Below, in pieces: positions 53,641 through 64,000 of a stretch of 64,000 nt of DNA. Position 1 is the first letter of the stretch; every line of letters begins with the position of its first letter. A model generated the notes under the pieces. The model was not told where the DNA came from and made no database searches. It was given only the letters and a program-made list of their open reading frames with translations. Source of the DNA: the human T2T-CHM13v2.0 reference genome, Homo sapiens. The position numbers were made by a program, and so were the translations under genes. The stretch lies in NCBI RefSeq assembly GCF_009914755.1, contig NC_060940.1; one strand, given 5' to 3'.

Positions 53641-53940
53641 AGCCATCATTCTCAGCAAACCAACACAGGAACAGAAAACCAAACACCGCATATTCTCACT
53701 CATAAGTGAGAGTTGAACAATGAGAACTCATGGACACAGGAAGGGGAACATCACACACCAGGGCCTGTTGGGGGGTGGGGGGCAAAGGGAAGGAGAGCAT
53801 TAGGACAAATACCTAGGCTTAAAGCCTAGATGATAGGTTGATAGGTGCAGCAAACCACCATGGCACATGTATATCTATGTAACAAACCTGCACGTTCTGC
53901 ACATGTATCCCAGAACTTAAAGTAAAATTTTTAAAAAAGA
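53641..53940 (+). mobile_element. Short 5'-truncated L1PA 3' end
   Basis: Canonical L1PA 3'UTR. Confidence 0.9.
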
Positions 53941-54260
53941 AAGTTTTCCCCAGTGTTTTCTTCTAGCAGTTTTATGATTTCAGATGCTATGTTTAAGTTT
54001 TCACCCAATAGATACAATTGTATTTTGCCAACTACAAAAGAGCTGGAAAAAATATTTTCTCAAAAGATATAGAATTGTAGAGACAAACTCCTGAAGTTGT
54101 TTACATCAGTGCTAGGAAATGCCAAGTGAAAAAGTTTATCATTTAACCAAATAGTATATTTAGTATCCAGACGTGAGGTTTTCCTTTGGGAACCTCTGGT
54201 TGTGCCACCCTGCCACTGGGACTACTAAAGAGAATGCTGACTATTAGAAGAAAAACTGCA

Positions 54261-54642
<382 letters not shown>

Positions 54643-55080
54643 TCACCAAAATCTACGATCAGTCTGGGTTTCCTCCTCCTATCACAAGGGATTTAATCTT
54701 TCTCTTGTGGCTTATATGATTTTTTGTTGCATTATTAATTTCTTATTGGGTAACTAGGAAATAATTTCATCATGCATAAATGCCATTCATTTTGTACTAC
54801 TCTACAAAACATATCATGCTTTAATTTTCAGTTGTCTTGGTCTGGGGTTGCAGACAGAGTGTGTGTCATGGCTACACAAACAGTTACAACATACACTGTG
54901 TGCACCTCAGCCTGCCTACTCCAAAATGGACAGAACAGGTGCTGATTTTCTTATACAAAACGTAATAGCCAATTCTTTCACCTATTCCTTCCAAAATGTC
55001 TATGATCATAGAACTCTTCTGATTCCCACTGCAATGCCAATTCATATGTTGTAATATTTGTTTTGAAATTATATATACTG

Positions 55081-55370
<290 letters not shown>

Positions 55371-55382
55371 TTAAATGCATAG

Positions 55383-55990
55383 TGTTGGTAGAAGAGCTAA
55401 GGCAGGGCTTGCTTGTCTGACATAATGTAAAAGAGTCTTGGAACATGTCCTGGGTCCAGGGTCTAAAACCCCTTGTGGCCTTGTTCCCCTTGTGGAACAC
55501 CAAGCTCTGTGCCAAAGGATGGAAGGCTGCCCTGCTGCACTACAATCTAAGCCCAGGGCATAACACCCCTTGTGGCTTGGAGAGAACCCAGGTCTCAGGG
55601 AATAAAACCCCTTGTAGCCTCTGGAATGTGTCCAGACTCACTGATTGATGTATCTTGAATTAGAAGAACCTGTTCTCCCTTATCTCAAGTAGCAGAGCAT
55701 ATGCTAAATTGTCACAGCTATGCTTGATGCACTGCTACCTTTCTACCCCCACATCCTCACATCCTCACCTGTCTACCCCCACATCTACATGTCCTCACCA
55801 CCAGCTTCTTTGTTTGATTACCAATAAATAGTGTGGGCTCCCAGAGCTCAGAGCCTTTGCAGCCTCCATACACTAGCGTTGGCCCCCTGGACCCACCCTA
55901 TGTACTCTTAACTTGTCTTGTCTCATTCCTTTGACTCTGCGGGACTTCGTAGCCTCCATGACCTGGTGTTGGTGTCTGATCACCCCAACA
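55383..55990 (+). repeat. 5' LTR
   Basis: Direct repeat of 63197-63813. Confidence 0.95.
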
Positions 55991-55994
55991 TTTC

Positions 55995-56012
55995 TGGCAC
56001 CCAATGTTGGCT
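55995..56012 (+). promoter_or_regulatory. Primer binding site, tRNA-Lys type (decayed)
   Basis: TGGCACCCAATGTTGGCT versus TGGCGCCCAACGTGGGGC. Confidence 0.8.
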
Positions 56013-56137
56013 ACGAAGACCCCGGTGAAGGAATGCCAGAGCATGTGGAAGTGGAGGACACATGGTCAAAGGACACCCAAGGATGACTGAAAGAAGCTCA
56101 GTGGGTAAGCTGGGTGCTTGGGAGAACCAGGGTAACA

Positions 56138-57760
56138 ATGGGACAGAATGAAAGCAAACATTCTGCTTATTTAAATTTTCTAAGGTGTTGGTTATGGAGA
56201 GGGGGAGTGAAAGCTAGTACTCAGAAATTATTAACACTCTTTAGTAGAGTAGAGCAGTTTTGCCCATGGTTCTCAGAACAAGGGACTGTGGAGTTGGATG
56301 AATGGGAAAGAATTGGCAGAGATTTTAAAAAGGTGTATAAAGAAGGAGCCAAAATTCCAGTTTCTGTTTGGTCAGTGTGGGCATTGATAAAGGCAGCTCT
56401 TGGGCCATTTCAAACAGATGATGAGACAGATTCAGATGAGGAAGAGGAAAATGAGTGTAAAAAACTAACCTTAGATTCTAGATGCGAGGAGCAAAAACTG
56501 GAGGAAATTAAAGAAAAGAAAGGGAAACTAAAAAGGGTGTGTTTTACTAGCCCATCAGCTCCACCTGCTGAATTAAGTGAATGGCCACCTCCTCCCCCTC
56601 CCACTAATGGGCGAGAAAATGAATTAGCTGTAAAGCTTACTGCTCCTGTAGTTGCAACATCAAAACTTGGAGCAATTGGTGGTGCTATACAAAATTCATT
56701 CAAAAGGCTAGGGCTGAGGGAGACCTTGAAGCATGGCAATTTCCCATTACTATCACCCAGCAAGAAGGGCAAAATATAGCTAATTGGGCTACTTTTCCTT
56801 TTAAGTTATTTAAGGAATTTAAGCAAGCCATTAGTCAATATGGGCCAAATTCTCCTTTTGTACAAAGTTTACTAAAAAATGTGGCTCTTGAGAATAGATT
56901 AATATCATATGACTGGGATACTTTAACAAAATCTGCTCTCACTCCATCTCAGTACTTACAGTTTAAAACCTGGTGGGCTGATAAAGCACAAACCCAGGCA
57001 AGGGAAAACACACAAGCACAGCCACCTGTGCGTTTGTTTTGAACAGATAATGGGAGTTGGCCCTAATTGGGGTCGATTAGAAAATCAAGCAGTAATGGAG
57101 AACGTTGCCATTGTTCAGTTACGCATGGTGCACTTATGGGCATGGGAGAGAATAAATGTTACAGGAGAAAAATATCCTTCTTTCAGTTCTGTCCAACAAG
57201 GACCTAAAGAACCATATACTGATTTTATTGCTTGGCTCCAGGAGGCTGTGTATAAGGCCATAACTGACAAAACAGCTCAAGATGTTGTAATACAGCTTCT
57301 TGCATTTGATAATGCTAATACAGAGTGTCAAAATGCTATTAGACCTACCAGAGGGAAGGCTCACTTGGCTGAATATATTAAGGCTGGTGATGGCATTGGG
57401 GGTAACTTACACAAGGCTACTCTTTTAGCTTAAGCTATGGCTGGACTAAAGGTGGGAAAAAATATGCCCCGATTCTCAGGCTCTTGCTTTAATTGTGGGC
57501 AATTTGGACACACACAAAAGGCATGTAGATAAGGAAATCAAAAGGCAAAAACTATTGCCATAAATCAACAGAAAAGTTCCGGTGTATGCCCCCAGTGTAA
57601 GAAGGCAATCACTGGGCAAATCAGTATCATTCTAAATTTAGTAAAGATGGGCAACCTCTTTCAGGAAATGGGAAGAGGAGCCTGCCTCAGGCCCCTCAAC
57701 GAACCGAGGAATATCTGGCACAGTCAGTGCCTTACAAACGTACAACAATTGTCCCCTGCC
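56138..57760 (+). pseudogene. gag: gag, frameshifted
   Basis: MGQNESK myristoylation start, MHR QGPKEPYTDF, zinc knuckle CFNCGQFGHTQKAC at about 57486-57527; 3' end approximate. Confidence 0.9.
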
Positions 57761-58588
57761 ACAGCAGGCAGTGCTGCCGTAGATCTCTGCAGCACAATTC
57801 CTGTCTCCTTACTTCCTGGGGAGCTGCCAAAGAAGGACCCCATGGGAGTTGGGGGCCCTTTACCCTCATGAACAGTTGGTCTATTGCTTGGAAGGTCTAG
57901 CTTAAATTTAAAAGGTGTCACTGTGCATACAGGAATAATTGATTCTGATTATGCCAGAGAGATTCAACTAGTTATTAGTTCCTCAACTCCATGGTCTGCT
58001 TCTCCAGGAGGAAGAATTGCTCAGTTGTTGCTGTTACCTTATACAAAACTGGGAAGCAGCACTGTAAAAAGAACAGGAGGCTTTGGTAGTACTAACCCAG
58101 CAGGAAAAGCTGTATATTGGGTTAATCAAGTGTCTGATAAGAGACCTATTTGTACAGTAACCATTCAGGGAAAGGACTTTGAAGGGTTAGTAGATACTGG
58201 AGCCGATGTTCTTATTATTGCTTTAAATCAATGGCCCCGACACTGGCCCAAACAAAAGGCATCCATCAGTATTGTTGGAGTAGGAGCTGCTTCAGAAGGT
58301 TTTCAAAGTTTCTTGATTTTACCATGTCAGGGGCCGGATGGCCAGGAAGGGACAATTTGACCTATTATTACACCTATTCCTGTCAATCTATGGAGTAGAG
58401 ACTTATTGCAACAATGGGGTGCTGAAATTTCTATTCCTATGGATCAGTATCGTAATAACAGTAAACAAATGATGAAAAATATGGGATATCTCCCTGCAAA
58501 AGGATTACGAAAGAATGAAAGTGGCCAACCAGAACCTTTAGAACTAAAAGGGCAAACAGATCAAACTGTATTAGGGTATCATTTTTAG
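57740..58588 (+). pseudogene. pro: pro (dUTPase-protease) with stops
   Basis: SAAVDL, GRSS, GIIDSDY, RIAQL, RTGGFGS; protease LVDTGAD. Confidence 0.9.
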
Positions 58589-61180
58589 ATGTGGCCATTG
58601 CTGAGCCGCCCTCTCCCATTCCTCTTGTTTGGCTAACTGCCAAACCAGTTTGGGTGGAGCAATGGCTGCTGAAACAGAAAAAACTGGAGGCTTTTAAAAA
58701 ATTAGCAGAGGAACAATTGCAAAAGGGACACATAGAGCCTGCTTTCTCCCTTGGAACTCTCTCTTGTGTTTGTTATTAAGAAAAAATCAAGGAAATGGAG
58801 AATGTTAACGGATTTGAGGGCAGTTAAAATTAAACCCATGGGTGCACTGCAACCAGGGCTGCCCTCTCCAACAATGATCCCAAAATACTGGCCTCTAATA
58901 GTGATAGATTTAAAAGACTGCTTCTTTACCATTCCTTTAGCTTCCAAGATTATGAAAAATTTGCTTTTACTGTTCCTGCTATAAATAACAAATAACCAGT
59001 GGACAGATACCATTGGAAAGTATTACCACAAGGCATGTTAAATAGCCTGACTATTTGTCAAACTTATGTCGGAAAAGCTATTAAGCCAGTTAGAGAACAA
59101 TTTAAAAAATGTTATATTATCCATTACATGGATGATATTTTATGTGCAGCTGAAACTAGGTAGGAATTAATACTATGCTACAAAGAGTTAGAAAAGGCTG
59201 TAACTGCAGCAGGATTAATCATAGCCCCCGATAAAATTCAAACCTCTACTCCCTTTCAATATTTAGAAATGAAGGTAGAACAAAGTACTATTAAGCCTCA
59301 AAAGGTTCAAATTCGAAGAAATAATTTAAAAACTTTAAATGACTTTCAAAAATTATTGGGAGACATTAATTGGATTCATCCAACCTTAGGCATTCCTACC
59401 TATGCTATGTCTCACCTTTTTTTTACCTTATGAGGTGATTCTAACTTAAACAGTAAATGCTCCCTGTCCAAAAAGGCATTAGAGGAACTTCAATTAATTG
59501 AAGAAAAAATTCAACAAGCATAAGTAAAATGAATTGACCCTATGCAGCCATTACAGTTTTTAGTTTTTCCAACTAAACATTCACCTACAGGAGTTATTGT
59601 TCAACAGGATGATCTGGTTGAGTGGCTTTTTCTACCTCACAATACAACCAAAATGCTTACTCTGAACTTAGATCAAATTGCTGTACTAATAGGACAGGCA
59701 AGGCTGAGCACAACAAAGTTAATGGGATATGATCCAAATCACATTATAGTTCCATTAAACAAACAACAAATTCAGCAAGCTTATATTAATTCCCAGGAAT
59801 GGCAAGTTAATTTGGCAGGTTTTGTTGGTATTCTTGATAATCATTATCCTAAATCTAAGATATTTCAATTTCTAATATTAACATCCTGGATATTGCCTTC
59901 TATTACTCAAAAAGCTCATATTGTAGGGTCCATTAGTGTTTTTACTGACGGGTCTAGTAATGAAAAAGCCTCATTTGTGGGACGTCAATAACAAGTTTTT
60001 CAAACTGACTTTGCTTCTGCTCAAAGGGCTGAACTTATGGCTGTAATTACAGTACTGAAAACTTTTAAACAGCCAGTTAATATTGTTTCTGATTCAGCTT
60101 ATGTGGTGCAAGCCACACAAAATATTGAATGTGCTTTAATTCGCAATGTGACTGATGAACAACTTAATCTTTTATTTCGTTCTTTACAACAAAGACATTC
60201 CCCTTTCTATATTATTCATGTAAGAGCACACACTAACCTGTCTGGCCCTTTGACTAAACTTAATCAAAGGGCAGATGCACTGGTTTCTGTGGCTTTTGCT
60301 GATGCACAAACATTCCATTCCTTAACCCATCTTAAAGCTGTAGGCCTCAGAAAAAGATATGGCTCATCCTGGAAGCAGGCTAAGGAGACTGTAAAACACT
60401 GCTTTGCCTGTCAAGTCCTGCATCTGCCACATAAAGGAGCAGGAGTTAACCCTAAAGGTTTATCTCCAAATTCCATCTGGCAGATGGATGTAACACACAT
60501 TCCTGCTTTTGGAAAATTGTCCTTTGTTCATGTTTCAGGAGATACTTATTCACATTTTATCTGGGCCACATGTCAAAAGAGGAAGCTACAGCTCATGTTA
60601 AAAAACATCTTTTCTCTTGCTTTGCAGTTATGGGAATCCCAGAAAAAATCAAAACTGATAATGGTGCAGGGTATTGCAGCAAAGCCATGGCTGCATTTTT
60701 TCAGCAGTGGAATATTACTCATACTACAGGTATTCCATAAAACTCACAAGGACAAGCAATAGTTGAATGAGCTAATCATACCTTAAAAACTCAGTTACAA
60801 AAACAGAGAGAGGGAGACCAGGACTATAAAACCCCACATATACAATTACACCTAGCTTTATTAACATTACATTTTTTAAATTTACAAAAAGATCAACCCA
60901 TGACAGCAGCTGAACAACACTTAATAGGACAAAAGGAAAATAAAAAAGCTGGACAAGATATATGGTGGGGGGATGCACATACAAAAAGTTGGGAAAAAGG
61001 AAAAATAATTACATGGGGAGGAGGATTTGCTTGTGTCTCACCAGGTGACAATCAGGTGCCTGTGTGTGTGCCCACCAAACATCTGATGATCTGTCATGAG
61101 CCACACCAGGAAGAGAAGACTCTGGGAAGAGCCAGAACTCCTGATACAAGTGATGGCACAAATGAACATCTCAGAGACAA
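58570..61180 (+). pseudogene. pol: pol (RT, RNase H, integrase), disrupted
   Basis: [25 protein letters not shown] (about 59125), FTDGSS, SDSAY, HHCC zinc motif, WQMDVTH. Confidence 0.92.
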
Positions 61181-63160
61181 AGGAAAAGACCTGGAATACT
61201 CACCAGGCAGACCCTCCAAACATGGGGACAAATCAAGAAACTGGCACAGATGGCAGAGGACAATCTGAGAGCACAGAACAAACCAAAAACAACCAGTAAC
61301 CTGATGGTGGCCATGCTGGCGGTACTCACTGTGGCAGTAAGCCTCCCTACTGTAGGAGCAACTCAAAATTTTACTTATTTGGCATATGTCCCATTTCCTC
61401 CTTTAATTAGGTCTGTGAGTTGTATGGACCCTGTTATTGAGGTGTACACCAATGACAGTACCTGGATGCTTGAGCCCATAGATAACTGAGGGCCAATGCA
61501 TCTTAATGAGGAAGGGAAGAAAATGAATATATCAATAGGATATTAATATCCTCCAATATGCCTAGGACCTGCCACTGGATGCTTACAAATGGGCACACAA
61601 GTCTGGTTGGCAGTAATCCCTGGAAAAAATAAATCACAGGCAACTTTACATATGATTTCAGGATAAAGTTTAAAATATAACCATTCTAGCCCTAAAACTC
61701 AGCAGTTCCATCCAGACAAACATGAATGTAAACAAAATAGAGTTTGGTTTGAAGATGTGGATGCTTGGAATTGGGAAAATTGTATAGCAAATAAGGCTGA
61801 GGTGTTACAAAATAATTCCTATGGAATTGTCATTGATTGGTCCCCTAAGGGGATTTTTAAGAAAAATTGCACCAGAAGGCCCTCTTGTAGAAAAAATGAA
61901 ATAAGCCAATGGAATTGTTGGCAAGAGAACCATACATAGTATATTGAGACAGAAGCTGATGGCCCTATCATATGGAGCCCTGGTGGCACTGTCACTCCTA
62001 GTCCAAAAATGATATCTCCTGCCATAGGACAGGAGCATTCAGAATTATGAAAATTAGCTATGGCTCAAAGTTCAATCAAAATTTGAGAAGGTAAATATAA
62101 TAAGTATAAAGGGGAAGGAGGTAAAGATAAATATGTCCTCTCTTTTCTTTCTAACAGGACCTTTTGGATTCAAAGTTGTGTCCTGCCACCTTTTATGTTA
62201 GCAATAGGAAATATTACTCTTGACATGAATACCTGTTTTATCACCTGCCACGAATGTCACTTGTTTACTTGCATTAACTCAACCTTTGATAAAAATAAAA
62301 CTATCTTGTTAATTAGAGCCACAGAAGTTTGGATCCCTGTGTCTCTAAATAGACCATGGGAGGCATCACCATCCATTCATATTATAACTGAGATCCTTAA
62401 AAAACTCTTATCTCATTCAAAAAGATTTATAATTGCTCTTATATTTGCTGTAATTGGCCTCATTGCAGTTACCACTACTGCTGCAGTAGCTGGTGCGGCT
62501 TTACACTCATCTGCGCAAACTGTTTAATTTGTTGATAAATGGCAAAATAATTATATGAAATTATGGAACTCTCAGGTCCAAACAGATCAAAAGATAGTTA
62601 ATCAAATTAATGATCTCTGTCAGACAGTAACTTGAATGGGGGATCGCATCATAAGTTTAGAAACTAGAATTCAAATGCAATGTGATTGGAATACATCTGA
62701 CTTTTGCATTATTCCTCATAGTTACAATGAAACACAACGCCAATGGGAAAGAAATAAATGCCATCTAGAGGGTAGAGAGGAAAATCTCTCCCTTGATATT
62801 GTAAAACTGAAAGAGCAGGTTTTTGAAGCCTCTCAGGCTCACTTAACCCTGCTCTCTGGAACTGATATTTTAAGCAAGGCAGCTGATGGGTTGTCTGCAA
62901 TCAATCCTCTTAAATGGATTAAGACCATTGGAAACGCTACACCTGTAAACCTTGTTCTAATAATTATGTGCTTGTGCTGTCTCGTTTCAGTCTACAGATG
63001 CAGAAGCCACCTCTGGAGAGAAAGCCACCGAGTGATCAAACCCAACACCAGGTCATGGGGGCTATGAAGTCCGGCGGAGTCAAAGGAATTAGACAAGACA
63101 CATTAAGAGTACATAGGGTGAGTCCAGGGGGCCAAGAACAAGCCGAGAACAAGCAATGAT
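61096..63160 (+). pseudogene. env: env, disrupted
   Basis: Signal peptide, AYVPFPPLIR, SKR/FIIALIF cleavage and fusion peptide, QCDWNTSDFC in TM. Confidence 0.9.
63032..63135 (-). repeat. 104-bp inverted copy of the LTR R/U5 end
   Basis: Reverse complement of 63703-63806. Confidence 0.95.
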
Positions 63161-63182
63161 AGCTGTGGCAGTTTTGCAGAAC

Positions 63183-63194
63183 AAAAAAGAGAGA
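63183..63194 (+). promoter_or_regulatory. Polypurine tract
   Basis: AAAAAAGAGAGA immediately before the 3' LTR. Confidence 0.8.
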
Positions 63195-63196
63195 CA

Positions 63197-63813
63197 TGTT
63201 GGCAGAAGATCTGAGGCAGGGCTCGCTTGTCTGACATAATGTAAACGAGTCTTGGAACATGTCCTGGGTCCAGGGTCTAAAACCCCTTGTGGCCTATGGA
63301 ACACCAAGCTCTGTGCCAAAGGGTGGAAGGCTGCCCTGCCACACTACAATCTAAGCCCAGGGCATAACACCCCTTGTGGCTTGGAGAGAACCCAGGGCTC
63401 AGGGCGTAAAACCCCTTGTAGCCTCTGGAATGTGTCCAGACTCGCTGACCCCTTGCTCCTTGATCTCCCAAGATCATAAATTGATTATATCTTGCATCAA
63501 AAGAACCTGTTCTCCCTTATTTCAAGTAGCAGAGCATATGCTAAAGCATCACAGTTACGCTTGATGCACTGTTACCTTTCTACCCCCACGTCCTCACGTC
63601 CTCACCTGTCTACATCTGCACATCCTCACCACCTGCTTCTTTGTTTGATTACCAATAAATAGTCCCAGAGCTCGGGGCCTTCACTGCCTCCATATGCTAG
63701 CATTGGCCCCCTGGACCCACCCTATGTACTCTTAATTTGTTTTGTCTCATTCCTTTGACTCCACCGGACTTCATAGCCCCCACGACCTGGTGTTGGGTTT
63801 GATCACCTCAACA
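63197..63813 (+). repeat. 3' LTR
   Basis: TGTTGGCAGAAG...GATCACCTCAACA; AATAAA at 63654-63659. Confidence 0.95.
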
Positions 63814-64000
63814 CCGAGTTTGCAAATATTTTTCCCCATTCCATAGATTGTGCATTAATGCTGTTTCTTGTGCGGTGCAGAAGCTTGTTAGTTTAATTAG
63901 GTCCCACTTGTCAATTAGGTCCCGCTTGTCAATTTTTGTTTTTGTTGCAATTGTTTTTGGGGTCTCTGTCATGAAAAGCCTATGTCCAGAATGGTATTTC
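63814..64000 (-). mobile_element. L1 fragment, the integration target of the provirus
   Basis: GTTTGCAAATATTTTTCCCCATTC...GTGCAGAAGC; joins the left flank ATGCATAG. Confidence 0.8.

Larger units (their letters stand above)
55383..63813 (+). mobile_element. Complete decayed HERV-K provirus (betaretrovirus-like, LTR14B/HERV-K14, HML-1-like)
   Basis: Two ~610-bp LTRs (TGTTGG...CAACA), Lys PBS, gag-dUTPase/pro-pol-env, PPT; group assignment from recalled LTR consensus and length. Confidence 0.9.

Overview
Primate (probably human or great-ape) repeat-dense DNA with no intact protein-coding gene. It contains stacked L1s: a full-length L1PA8A-like copy (+) nested in an older L1, a full-length L1PA3-like copy (-), and several L1M fragments. 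It also holds about 28 Alus, solo LTRs (MER9, LTR7, MST-type), Tigger/MER2 relics, a vomeronasal type-1 receptor pseudogene broken by a single 1-bp deletion, and a complete but decayed 8.4-kb HERV-K provirus (LTR14B/HML-1-like) that retains env. The most unusual signal is four neighbouring Alus of mixed orientation (44966-47630) that all carry clustered A>G changes on the + strand, which looks like ADAR A-to-I RNA editing fixed into genomic DNA. The provirus also carries a 104-bp inverted copy of its own LTR end and a Rec-like two-exon architecture. Subfamily names come from recalled consensus sequences, not from a database search, and counts are by eye.
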